A DNA stretch of 63,919 nt, the filler included, from Collodictyon triciliatum (Eukaryota): NCBI GenBank assembly GCA_043381765.1. It is 5 parts of 5 records of this genome, joined end to end, with 100 filler letters (N's around TTAATTAATTAA, not from the genome) between each part and the next. Parts side by side here need not be neighbours in the genome. Positions count along the whole stretch, not along the records: positions 45,577 to 58,006 come from JBHJMP010000242.1; positions 58,107 to 63,919 come from JBHJMP010000252.1; 3 more parts are not named here. One strand, 5' to 3'. The position numbers and the translations under genes are program-made. Every line of letters starts with the position of its first letter. Within the stretch, counting starts at the first letter, position 1. Below are positions 45,576 to 58,373 of the stretch, in pieces. Under the pieces are notes generated by a model, which had not been told where the DNA came from, did no database searches, and was given only the letters and a program-made list of their open reading frames with translations.

Positions 45576-46653
45576 NGAACCTCACTTCTCTTTTCACCAT
45601 CCTATTCGACACCTTGCGCCATCAAAGCAGTATTCCCCCTCCTCCATCCAATCAATATCACCCGTCCTTTTTTTTTTCTCATGCTCGCGGGACACTATCA
45701 CGCGTCCGCAAAAGAAATCCATGCGTCTCTTATCAAGCCTCAAGGACCTCTCTTTTCCCTTTTTTTCTTTTTCTTTATTTTTATCCCTGTTTTTCTTTTT
45801 CTATCTCCCACACATCCCCACCTACTTTGGAATTACTTGCCTGTTGGTTGAATGAAAGATTGTTGAGACGGGCTCAACAGCTAAGATTTTAGAATAAAAA
45901 ATTATTTCTGTGTTAATAAGTATACGATTTATATTCAAGTCGTCGCAATTATGATTGAAATCCATGTGATATGCTTTGGTTTTTTTCATTTAAGGCGTTT
46001 TCATTCAAATACCATTTCGTTATATTTTCATTTATTGTGAATCTTTCCTGCTTTTGCTTATTCTCACAATTTTGATTTGTTTGGAAGTTTTACTAACATC
46101 GCAATTAAAACAGGCTACAAAGAGCTTACCCTCATCACGCTTCCTAAAAAAAACCATTTCCCATCAAGCTCTTCTCAATCATGCCAGAGAAACTGAAAAG
46201 AAACCGAAAAAAAAAACAGGCGGCAAAAATTGATGAAGCACCAACCGAAGCTCATCAAGGTTTCAAAGAGGTAGTGTTTTTGATATAACAATACTCAACG
46301 AAATCATTTACATTTATCTCTTCACTTTTCCTTTCGGAGACAATCTAACATAATTTTATTTTCACATACAAACGTTGTCCCTAAAAGAAAAAAAGCCTTA
46401 ACCTTTCTGTTTTCTATATTGGTGCTCCCAGCCATTCTCAATCTGGATGGCGCATTTTGAATCCTTTATAACCAAAAATGTCGTCTCTCTTGACTTCTGT
46501 TTGGAACTTTATCATCCTGCCGAAATGTCCGTTCTGTCCTGGTGGATGAGCGTTGTTTTTGGGTCGACGGTTCATATTAAAGTCTTATCACATCCTGGTC
46601 TGAATGCTGGATTAAGAAAAAAAATACACGTGAGTCATATGTAATACTTGGAT

Positions 46654-46704
46654 GCCAACATCTTCACCATCATGCACAGAATTGAAAGGAAGAATAAAAA
46701 ATAT
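46654..46704 (+). mobile_element. 51-bp LINE 3'-end micro-insertion with 17-bp TSD
   Basis: GCCAACATCTTCACCATCATGCACAGAATTGAAAGGAAGAATAAAAAA matches ~48394-48445 (3 mismatches). Flanked by ATATGTAATACTTGGAT at 46637-46653 and 46705-46721. Confidence 0.88.
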
Positions 46705-47721
46705 ATATGTAATACTTGGATTGCACCCCTATTCTTGATACATTGGTATATGAACTTGAATATCCCAATCAATTTTTTTTTATGAAACGATATATAAATA
46801 CATGCATCATGGTCTCAAAACAGAAAATCTAATCCTTTGAAATTGGAAAATATAGAGATGAAAAAGAGAAAGGTTTAGATGTCCCGCAAAGCATAAACGT
46901 TGCCACACACACTTTGAAAAAGGGCTCGAACTATATTACCAAGCTTTTGTTAATGTAGGTTTATAGCTATATCTACTATGCAATAATTTGCAACTTAACG
47001 CACATAAAACATGTGCAATATAAATATATGTATGTAAAATATAACTGAATAAAAATATGTAGATGTAATTTTTTGTACTATCTAAGTATCACGCCATTTT
47101 CTACCCTTTCATCTCGTTTCAGATTGTTCAAGGTGTGCTTGTTGACCGACGTTTCAAAAGACAGAAGCCATCTCTCCCGCGCGGTTGATTGGAAAACGCT
47201 TTCGACCATCGCGTCGCGCCCTTTGATGATTTTTGCTTTCCGATGCCTGTTGGATTCGACTCGTTTATGAGATTCTTGGATTACACTTTGGTATCCGTGA
47301 GTGACTTATTTTACCTGGTATACCGTCTATGCCCACATTTTAAGTGTGAAGGAAACTCTTGCAGGATTTACCTTAGTATATATTTCATTTCGAATATTGA
47401 GAAAGGCCACTCCTGCTTTGGCCCATCCAGTCTTATTTTCAAGTATATCAGTCCTTGGTTCGAGCAAAAGAATCATTTGAGAGAGTTTCAAAAAAGGCCA
47501 ATCTACTTCCTGAGTTGAGTGCTGAAATCCTTCTGGCCCGAAAAGCAAGTGAATTTTAAAAATTAGCACATTACTTTCTTTTTCTCTTCCTGTTGTAATG
47601 GTGCTCCGTTTACGCCTCACGCGGTTGCGTTCACCACACTTTATCAGTTTGTCCCCAAAAGTAATAAAAAAAAAATTAATGATTTATAAATGCGCGTATG
47701 AAAAGATAAGGATTTTAATCA

Positions 47722-48451
47722 CAACCACGAGCTGGAGAAAAGTACGAACCCGCAAGTCCTCCCAAATCACCGCTCTCTAATGCATAATATCACCAATAGG
47801 GAGCTATGGATAGGCACACGCGCGGCAAAACCTGCCAAAGTCTCCCAACAATACACGCTTTGCAGCAACGGTGATGAATCCATTGAGCACACATTTGTGC
47901 AATGTCCCTTCGCTCAAAACATGCGCGAAACAGTCGGTGAGATTCTTCGACTGACACTCAAGACGGCTGCAGCTGTTTGTCCAATCCAGGCGATATTTGG
48001 GCCTCTGCAACAGCTGCGTCCAGATGCAAAAAAATTCTGGGCATTGACGCGAGGCCATTTGCTATGGACTATGTGGATAGCGCGCATATACTCACGCAAA
48101 GCAAGACTCAACAACCAGCCACCCATTCCTGATAATAGGCTGAATGACATCATACAAATCTATTTTCTCAACACCTTCCTTCGCCATCTGCGCGTTCTCT
48201 ACTACTCAGACCTCGTGAGAAGAGACATGTGGAAAGAGGCTGGGAAAGAGATTAAACCTCGCCTTGTCTCTCTCATGCAAGCACAAGACCCAGGCTGCAG
48301 GCCAAACCGCAGATGCAATTCCTGATTACCGACTACTTCTCCGCCACCCGGCCACCAAGTAGCGCCCATGCAAACGATGGCTGGCGAACCAAAGCCAACA
48401 TCCTCACCATCCTGCACAAAATTGAAAGGAAGAATAAAAAAAAAATAAAAA
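47722..48451 (+). mobile_element. 5'-truncated non-LTR retrotransposon (L1/Tx1-like) 3' fragment: zf-RVT region, 3' UTR, A-tail
   Basis: Intronless ORF 47780-48325 with LC..GDESIEHTFVQCPFA and LLWTMWIAR (zf-RVT / ORF2 C-terminus). AATAAA-polyA tail. 16-bp TSD ATAAGGATTTTAATCA (47706-47721) / ATAAGGAGCTTAATCA (48452-48467). Confidence 0.88.
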
Positions 48452-48797
48452 ATAAGGAGCTTAATCAAATTATACCTCCTGTGTTAGTCTGAAGCGGCCT
48501 ACCTCTCAGCCTGGGCCAAATCATGAGTCCTGAGGTTGGAGAATTCACAAAGCTGAACGATTCATTCAACCACCACAAAAATCTCCCGATTGTGTGGATC
48601 AACTGAATAATTACATCAAGCATTCTATCACCGATAGAGAAAACATGAGAAAAGTCTCCCCCGTTTTTTTTTTTTAAAAAAAAGGCAGAAAGGAGATGAA
48701 TGATGATAGAAAGGAAGGATTAAATTAGCTATATTTACACAGGGTGCAATAATGCCATTTGATATATGCCAAAAAAAAAAATGGTTATCTAATTATT

Positions 48798-51700
48798 TTA
48801 ATAGTATTTTTCCGTTCTACTATTACTTTTTGAACCTAAATTGACATGTACCAGGGCACGTAGCGCTAGTTTAGAACATGCTGTCAAAAGAATGCAAAAC
48901 ATGTATTTATATAAAATACCAGATATATGAAGCGAGTCAAAGATTCTGGACACGCAGCGGGTCTTTGTGCGCCATCCAAAACACACAAACGAGCCGTACA
49001 TCCTTCTCCAAAGGGGGACATCAACAAAGCAATATGGGACAATAACAGCACTAACAACCGATTATTTTCGTATGATTTATTTTGCTGTTGGTATTAGGGA
49101 GAGGAGTTTACTTATGAAGCCTGAAGGTTCTGGAGGGGCCACGGACTCTTTGAAGATGATTTCCGGAGTGGAGAGAAAGTAGTGAGAGCATTTACAGAGG
49201 AAGTGGACCCCCTTGCATTTGAAGTGTGTGATGGTTCTTGTTGGGCCCCTGGGTGAAGGACCACGAAATTGTAGTCCAGGTCGGAGTCATCATAGTTTGC
49301 CGGCAAAAGCGCATTTGGTTGCTTCTGGATTGTACGGAAACTTGGAGTATCAGGGGCAGCAACAGTAGTGTCCATTTCTCTCGAAAGACAAAAGTTTACA
49401 GAGTGAACGAGCAAAATCTGATGTAAAAGGGGCAAATATCATCAGAATACGATGCTTGTTTCTTGTTTCTTGTTTCTTTGGTTTTCTTTTTTCTATTTCT
49501 TTTCAAAAACAAAATGTATTGAAATGCCTCGTAATCTTGTGTGTGCATTCGACAAGTTCGCATAAAAATTAAGACATTCTATGGTTATCCACCTAAAAAA
49601 AATGTGTCTACTCTCAATGAAATAAAATATTGCAAAGACTCATAATACCTTTGTGACCATACATAGCGGGATGGATGCAGCCCGAAGGTCATGCTTGTCG
49701 GTGGTGGGCGATTGAACGATGAGGATGAGCATTCCAGTGGCCCAGTTCACCAGAGACAGGAAGTTTGCCGATGTAGCCTAGCCAATCACCGATTTTTTTG
49801 TTGTTAGTCTCGGGATAGTTTTTACACAATCTGATCATTTTTATTTGAAGATGTTTTAGTTGAAAAGGTTTTAGTTGAAAAGGTTTTAGTTTGTGTACCA
49901 TGAATTATTTTTTACTCACTACTCTTCCCCAGTAATGATCGTTTCCGTAGATATACACCAGTGAAAATATTGATGGTGCAAATAACAGGAATGGCAAGAA
50001 TAGTACCAATAAAAGGCTTGACAACTCATCGATGATAAACCAATAGACGACAGTATAGAGCGTTAAAATCTGATTATGAATGAACGTGTTGTTACATATC
50101 GCCACCTGCTTCTCTGTGTCATTTGAATATTCTTTTAACTATGATAGAAAATATCAGGAATTATAAAATGGTACTTACAAAGTCCACTATTGATAAGAGT
50201 ATGGCAGTGAAAGCAGGGCGATACTTCATCGAGATGCTATCGTATACGGGATAATAAAGCTCCTCGAGCAAATAAACAATTGTCCCCCAGAAGCGACTTT
50301 TATCTGAATAACATAATAATAAATTGTGTTCTTCAACGAAAGAATTTTTATTTTTTGCTGTGTCGAACGAATAAAAATCAAGTGAAAATAAAAGAATATT
50401 CCAAAAAAAAAAGGAGACATAAAACGGTTGTCCCACTCACATATATTCATTTGCTGTAAATGTGCATCACTGGTGAAATGGATTATGTGAGATTCAAGTG
50501 TTATCTCGCGAACTCCCTCTGGGTTCATGGAGACATTGTATTGTTCCCACAGACGAACATGACTACCAGATAGCCTATGCTTCCTCTCTGATTCTTCTTG
50601 CTGGTCCAGCTTTGCTGACGATGAATGCGACGCAGCATTGTGGGAGCTGATAAGAAGAGCCTAAAATACCAGATAAAATGGATGTAATGGGTCGATAAGA
50701 GTTTTATCTAATCCACTCACTTATTAGAACTTTTGCAATTAAAAACATGGAGGGGAATTGCACTATGTTCACTCATGATTGCACAAGGATGATTCTTGGA
50801 GAGAAAAAAAACAGGTAAATAAATGCAATGAGGATATCGTGCGGGTTTTAAATGTAATAAAATATTTTTTTTTTATTCTTCCTTTCAATTTTGTGCAGGA
50901 GGGTGGAGAAAATGTAATAAAATAATAATGGTGAAGAGATACCAATTTATACTCTGGAAATACGCGAATAACTTCAAGGTTACATTGGATGTTATATCTC
51001 TCCAAGAAACTTTGATTTTGGTCAATCAAGTATGTTAAAACTTTGCCAATTGATCTGGTAATGTGCCTTTTACGGACTAATCTCAACTTGACATTTAATC
51101 CATCAATAAAATTGCTCCAATTTTCACGAGCATTTAATCTGTTATATTTGAATTCGCAATCACTATTACATTCGCATGTAGTTTATGAAGAAAGAAAAAA
51201 GAATAAGTGCACATATAGAAAGACTCACGGAAGGATATGTGATATGGATATTATTATCGCGTCACTTGTGTCAATAAAGTATGGTGAGTGATAGCCTCCG
51301 TCTCCACCTGAATTGTAAGTATCAAATGGATTCACCGTCTAAATTCTTCTTGGAAAATATAAATGGAGGCTTTTTCTATTTTTTTGTACATAGTGAGAAT
51401 ATCATTTCTCAAATAAAAACTCATCAAGCTGAAAGGAATATGAAATATTTTTATTTTTGAGTAACGAACCAACTGCGACATGTGCTGGCAGAGATGCAGA
51501 GTCTGCGTTCGAGTTGAAGTTTTCATCAGATATGTCAAAAAACTGTGTATGATTCAGTTTCATTAAAATTAAATACGTGATTAATCTGGAACACAAGGAG
51601 CACAAACTGACAGGAGGAACAAAAAAAAAAAAAAACCAACTGAAATAGATGGACTGCATACATAAATGTGAAGGCCCAGATTTATTTCACAATTCTTTCG

Positions 51701-54700
51701 AAACATAACTAATATGTTAGACTCACCCCTATAGCCATGGCACTGCAAACACCGAGTTGAATGCTGGTCATATTTGAGCAATTTTTGAAATCGTCAAAGA
51801 AACCAGAATTCCCTTGTTGTATACAATAATCAGATAGCGCCTTGACCTTTTGCAGTCGATTTCTCCGCAGCCAAATTACTTGCAGAGGGAAAATCAATTT
51901 GACCGCATAATAAGCCTAATATCATATTGAGGAAAGATGATGTCTATATTACAAGGGTCGTGTCTGATGTACCTCAAAAAATTTTGTATTGTGATTGAAG
52001 AATGAGAATGAAAATAATACAATGTTTTCATATTTTGACCAAGAAATGAGCTTGTTGCATTCTGCCCTGAACAACTCAAATTTGTCCATATTGAACAATG
52101 AATCATAATCTTTCACGGGAAAATCACTGGTAAAATGTATTCATATGATTTTTTCTGTGAATCGAACATCAATAAACAACGAAATACAATACAATACAAT
52201 ACAATACAATACAATACAATACAATACAATACAATACAATACAATACAATACAATACAATACAATACAATACAATACAATACAAAAAAAAACACAATTAT
52301 TTGCTACATTTATAAGCAACAGGCCATAAATACTTCATGCATACCTAGGTATGACCCATGGGTTTGAAGGAGTATTCGATCCAACAAAATACACTCTGCA
52401 GAAATGATGCTGTATATCCGAAGCGTATATCCCTCTTGGGAGGTGGGATGCGAATGGGTCAATTACGTCGTTATGAACGCTGAAGTGAGATATTCATAAT
52501 CAGGATTTTGGCTATGAAGGGCAAAGGCTACGTGGTGGTTAAATAATACAAAAGTCTCAATAATTTTACAATTTATTAAAGACTCAAAAGAATACATGTT
52601 TGGATTTGATATAAAAAAGAAATACGTAGGTGATAATTAAAGAGAAAAAGAGAAAATAAAATAAATGCTAGTGTCATAAAATTCTAAAGTCGACCTTTGC
52701 TTGGGTTGGATTGAGTGTCCTTCACTATCCAAAAGTTGCATTTTAAATAAAGTGTGGTTTTGTAGTCGCCTCTTATGCTACATGTTTACGATAAATGAAT
52801 GGAATTAAAACAAATGATTATGTGATGAACAAATAGTTGAGCTAAATCGATATAAGAGGACAAACAATCATGTAGTAAGCTCCCAACAGGGCAAGAATTA
52901 AAAAGCAAGAGCCGATGGCAAAGAAGATCGGTCCTCCGAGTAGATTCCATGTATGAATTAGTGGTCCAACTGCAATAACATTTTCAAATCGCATCATAAC
53001 CCACTTCATAGCCCGTATCTTTAGATTCTCAAATGTGATTCCTTATGTAATACCTCCCAGCTCTCATATTTTATTTTATCCTTCTTATATTTATTTCCCT
53101 TGAAACGTACAGACACATGATTATTTACATAATTGTTTAAATGAAACCAACCGCATTCTGATGTAACATATCCAGGGAGACATTCAAAGGGGCAATTTGC
53201 TGTTGTCCAGCCTTCTTTTGTATATTCTGCATTTTCGGGTGCGTTGAGACAAGCACTGCAAGGTTTTCCTATCCGGTCGCTGAATGTACCGGTTTCGCAT
53301 GGGGCGCACGATGACCCAAACCTACCCATGGGACACGGGGATGAGTCCAAGAGGCCTGAACCGCCATCATCACCATCATCTGCTCCACGGCCTCCCAGGA
53401 TGTAATACTGCCCTTTGAAGGAGATGTCGGCATCGGAGCTTTGATCCAGAAAGTTTACATAGATTAAACCACCGCCGCCGCCGCCTCCGCCTTCAATTCC
53501 ATCACCACCATCTGCAGATACCAATCCACCACCCGAAAATCGTCGTGCTGACAAGTATATGGCCCCGCCAGCGCCTCCGCCTCCCCCGTATTCATTCTCT
53601 CTCCTGCCCATGTAGCTTTTGGGTGCATTTTCTTCTGACTCCCGTGATATTCCATCGCGCCTCTTGGATCGATTTACGGAGCCATCTGCTGAGTCTCCAT
53701 CTGCGAGGATAACCCCGTCGATGACCAATTGGTCCAGACACTCGAGCCATACCACTCCCCCGCCATCACCGCCTCCAGAGTTGGAACCTCCGCCTCCACT
53801 TCCACCGTAAATAGGGGGGATTCCGGAGTCGTATTCAATGCCTCCAGCTGCAACCTCATCACCAAACCGGCCTCGTCCTCCTGGCCCGCGATGTCCCCCT
53901 CCTCCTCCTGGAACGTTGGGGATGGTCTCTCCTTTCCCTACCCCAGTTCCAGAGCCACATCCGAGACCTATGTTGAAAAAAAGTGAGAAGAATTATAAGA
54001 AACAAAACAAAACAAAACAAAACAAAACAAAACAAAACAAAACAAAACAAAACAAAACAAAACAAAACAAAACAAAACAAAACAAAACAAAACANNNNNN
54101 NNNNNNNNNNNNNNNNNNNNNNNNNNNNNNNNNNNNNNNNNNNNNNNNNNNNNNNNNNNNNNNNNNNNNNNNNNNNNNNNNNNNNNNNNNNNNNAACAAA
54201 ACAAAACAAAACAAAACAAAACAAAACAAAACAAAACAAAACAAAACAAAACAAAACAAAACAAAACAAAACAAAACAAAACAAAACAAAACAAAACACA
54301 AGAGAATATCAGAAAAGAAAGAAAAAGAAAAATGGAATACAGCTCGCGCATATTGATGATCCAAGATAGAATTTCAAGTTTAAGATTGCATTGCAATTGT
54401 GAAAAAAAGAAAAAGAAAAACAAAGGGAAATATAAACATACCAACGGACGATATAACACCTGTAACTATGATGGTTTTTCCAATAAAATGTACTTTTCCG
54501 CTTTGGATATAACCCAGAGAACGAATAATCAAGGTTTCTGTGATATTCGCAAAAACAGCGACTTTATCCTCCTTGTCGCAATACCGTGATGTGGCAGATA
54601 TAATTCCTGTCACATCCATGGAAGCTGCCTCTATATGTAGCGAGCTGGTGCGTATGACAGAAAAAGGTCCAAAAGTAACCCGTTCGGCAGACGTAAAGTT

Positions 54701-57700
54701 GCATAAATTAGATACTTGGATAGTCCCCTATGTAAATTATGAAGAAAAAGTGTTACATATCTGAACGAACTTTAAAATCCACTTTCATAGGTGTTATTTC
54801 AGGGTTGGTGGATAAATATTTTAAAATAAGATACATATGATCATAAAACCAAAGATCAAGAAAAGAGATAAGAAAGAAAAGAAATAGAAAAGAAAAAGGA
54901 AAATAAAATAACGAGGTTTTAATAAACCTAGACATTTAAAATATCACTTATTTTAAAATAAAAGACGAAAAATCATAAATAAAAAAATACACAAAGAAAT
55001 TGATCACATGCAAACCTCAATCTGCATGGTTTCCATGGACGTGAGTAAACTATCAGCAATGGATATGTAGCTGTTTTCAAATACGTCCAATATTGATCCT
55101 TTGTGCACGGTTGGTAACACATAAACAGAACCGGATGCAATTAAAGAGCTTCCCGTATAAAATAGAAGGGATTTCGTCTTGATTCTAAAAATACCTTTAT
55201 TTGTATACAGAGCCCCATTTGTATAAACTGTTATAGTTTCACAAACCGAAAGTAATGAGCCAAGTGAGCGAATTTTTCCATTTGCGAAAATGATGAGTTT
55301 TGATATGATACATGGGTCGGATAAATGCATATCTGTAAAAAAGACAGAGTCGTGGCTGTTGAAAACCGCAACTATACTCCCGGTTAATGAATGAATTGTT
55401 CCACCAGCCCCGATAGCCCCACATGTACCTGCTCCACCGCTGGCAATGATGGTTCCTGCGCTTTTTTCGGACAGGGTTGGGAAAGTGGATGGAAGCCGCG
55501 ACATTGAGATACGACCACCACTTCCCCCGCCACCGGGAACTTGGAAATTATCAGACGCCCTCGAACTCCCACCATTGGCAGAGATCTGGTAAGTGGTAGA
55601 GTTGACTATATCGATGAAGCGCATGCAGATAGATCCACCAGACCCACCTCCTGCGCCATATGGAATATCTATGCTGTCTCCTCCATTGGCCTCAATCAAG
55701 CTTGCCAACCCCATGGATATAAATCGTGATTCCAAATTAATTACACCGCCACCTCTTCCAATCTCGTGTTCATCAAACCTCGAAATTGATTGACAAGAAC
55801 GAACTCCAGGGTTTCCAGGAAAATCGGGGTTTGTAATACTACCAAATGCTGCGGGGATGGAGTATGTCGATTTACAGCTTGAACCACTTCCCGCATGCGA
55901 CCCACCATATGCCAAGTCATCACACACCGGATATTCACTCAAAGGTCCCAAATTGGATGAGGATATGATAGATTCAGTCCCGATAGTGATGTTTTGGTTT
56001 GCTTTCATTCGTATAATTGCTCCAATGACTGAGACTTGCTGGAAGGATATACCACCTATACTCGTCACTGTAAGATTTCCATATCCTGTGTTGATAAGAT
56101 TGTTGGTGTCTCTTATGCCTTTTGATGTTGCTTTTGGTAATGTGGGTCCACGAATGACAATAGAAGACAGATTTGAGGAATCATGTATGATAAGAGAACT
56201 GGATTGATTTCCGTCTGTTCGAATATTGCCTTCGATCAGAAAAGGCAAGTTGGTGTATACCATGTTGCTAGTGACTTCTAAAGGTTGTCGGACCAGGGAA
56301 ATAGTGTTTCCGAATAAGAAAGCTGTTGGCTTGATGCTAATGGAACCAAGTGCCGATGTTGACAGGTACATCAGATTGCTTGATGTTATTGACCCTTCGA
56401 TCAAAATGGAAGATTTGGCTGTGAGTCTGACATCTGATAAAGTGCTGGACCAACGTAAAAATTTACGGTTATCGCCTCCCATCCTAGCACCTGATTTTAC
56501 CACAAGTCTATCGCACGTGATATGCAGTACTTCCACTTCGAACGGACCGTCTGCATTGAAATCAACTTGTGGTGCATTCAGAGTCAGAGTTGCCCTTGGC
56601 CCAGGTAACAACACTATAGTTAAACCGGTCACCGAAATCGAACTGGTGGAAGATATGTCTAAACTTGATGCAGTGTCAGACACGGGTGATAGATAAAGAT
56701 AACCCTCCAAAGATACATGAGATACCAGCACATTTGGAAAGGGTGTGTCTGCATATAGTCCGAGTAAGAGGCTAGATATCAAAAGAGTTGAAGTAGAACC
56801 ACCTTTTGAGTACACAGTCCCAGCCCCGCCACCAAACATGCCACTACTTTCAGTCCCTCCACGAGCACTAATAACCACTGTGGAGTGAGTGACCAACTGC
56901 GTCAAGCCTATTAACGATATTCGGCCTCCACTTCCTCCTCCACTTCCTCCTCCACTTCCTCCTGTTTTGTTGTTGTCAGAACTGAATCCGCCATTACCGC
57001 CATTACCGCCATTGGCCGATAAAGCTGCATTTGTACGAAGGAAGATACTGTTCCCAGTCATGTATATTGTGCCTCCACTACCAGCTCCCCATGTTGACCG
57101 CTCTCCTACAATACCCAATGGAATATATATTTAATCCTATCGACATATCTGATATGAGAAAGGTAATGTTACATATATTTGAAGCGCGTGAATAAGCACC
57201 TTCACGAAACCCATTTGACCCGTCTGCATGTATGATGCCTTCTATTACAATATCTCCTTTCGATTGAATTGAGACAACACCTCCACCACGTCCATATTGA
57301 TCTGGTTGGAAGCCTCGTCCTGCCGAACCGGCCATTGAAGGATGCACACTGTCGTCGTAAGGCATCCCTCCTCTGTGGCTGATACCAGAACCCTGATCCA
57401 CCTGCAGTCCTCCTCCATAACCACCATGACCACCTCCACACCCGAGACATTCTGGATCCACGTGCGATAGATCTGATGATGAATCACTAACATCCAAGCG
57501 AGATCCTGACAATAGCTCAAAGTTTCGGGCTGAGATGGCGATTGAACTAATGCCACCACCAAGTAAGGCTCCGTTGGAAATGCGAATTAGTCCATCGAGA
57601 AAGTCTAGTTGCAAAGAACAACCCCCTTTAGGACAAGTGAATTGGGCGCGGTCCAGCACAAGGCTTCCGTTTCCTCTTAAAATAAGTGCTGTATTTTGAT

Positions 57701-57802
57701 CGAGTGTATATGAGCTTCGGACGACACACGTCGAGGCTGGGTCTCCCAAATCTCCTTCGTCACAAACAAAAGCATGGAACTTTGCTGATGTGCCCAAAAC
57801 TT
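48798..57802 (-). CDS. Giant glycine-rich membrane protein (GGGSGGxI repeats, Cys-rich ephrin-receptor-like module, multi-TM C-terminus)
   Basis: Repeated GGGHGG.GG, GGGSGGSI, GGGGGGLI units; CPMGRFGSSCAPCETGTF..CPFECLPGY; TM LLGGPIFFAI; VYFVGSNTPSNPW; GDGGYHSPYFI. Architecture matches the uncharacterised plant/protist family of Arabidopsis At5g11700-type proteins. First exon lost at join. Confidence 0.8.
52182..52282. repeat. (AATAC)n microsatellite
   Basis: Direct reading. Confidence 0.95.
54000..54297. repeat. (AAAAC)n microsatellite spanning an N gap
   Basis: Direct reading. Confidence 0.95.
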
Positions 57803-58006
57803 CTATGTATGTAGATAAAGACAAAGAGGCAAAGTGACTCTGATTAGAATGTGAAGTTTGTAGTTTTCCTTGGTTTTTTTGTCTTTTTTAGTGCCTTTTT
57901 ATGATCTTTTTTATATGGTCTTTTTTTATATGGTCTTTTTTTATATGGTCTTTTTTTATATGGTCTTTTTTTATATGGTCTTTTTTTATATGGTCTTTTT
58001 TTATAT

Positions 58007-58106
58007 NNNNNNNNNNNNNNNNNNNNNNNNNNNNNNNNNNNNNNNNNNNNTTAATTAATTAANNNNNNNNNNNNNNNNNNNNNNNNNNNNNNNNNNNNNN
58101 NNNNNN
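58007..58106. other. Artificial scaffold-join spacer
   Basis: Same linker; glycine-rich and PH genes lack 5' ends on either side. Confidence 0.95.
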
Positions 58107-58373
58107 ATTTGTTTTGTTTTGTTTTGTTTTGTTTTGTTTTGTTTTGTTTTGTTTTGTTTTGTTTTGTTTTGTTTTGTTTTGTTTTGTTTTGTTTTGTTTT
58201 GTTTTGTTTTGTCTTGTTTCTTATTATTATAATTATAATTTTCAATAGCCACTCCGCCATAATGCCCTACATTTAAAAGAAGAATAAAAAAATTTTCAAT
58301 AACCAATCTTCTCTGATCGATATCGTTGTTTGATTTGGTTTGATTTGATTTGATTTCATTTCAAATTTTGTAG

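Larger units (their letters stand above)
46114..48606 (+). pseudogene. NAA35: NAA35/MAK10-like (NatC auxiliary subunit) C-terminal part, with lesions
   Basis: NHARE..AAKIDEA, SLDFCLELYHPAEMSVLSWW (cf. GFELELY..EY..IYWYL), FDHRVAPF..PMPVGF (cf. YEHRFAPF..PPP), terminal FNHHKNLPIVWIN* (cf. FSxHKYFPVVKL). In-frame TGA at 47186-47188 and an apparent frameshift near 46205. Confidence 0.6.

Noticed and set aside
47186-47188. TGA reassignment or selenocysteine
   Set aside because: TGA is a real stop in CPQ, the position is not a conserved Cys/Trp, and the gene has other lesions.
49844-49891. Three 15-bp direct repeats as a CRISPR-like array (also 57905-58006)
   Set aside because: Head-to-tail with no spacers; simple intronic minisatellites.
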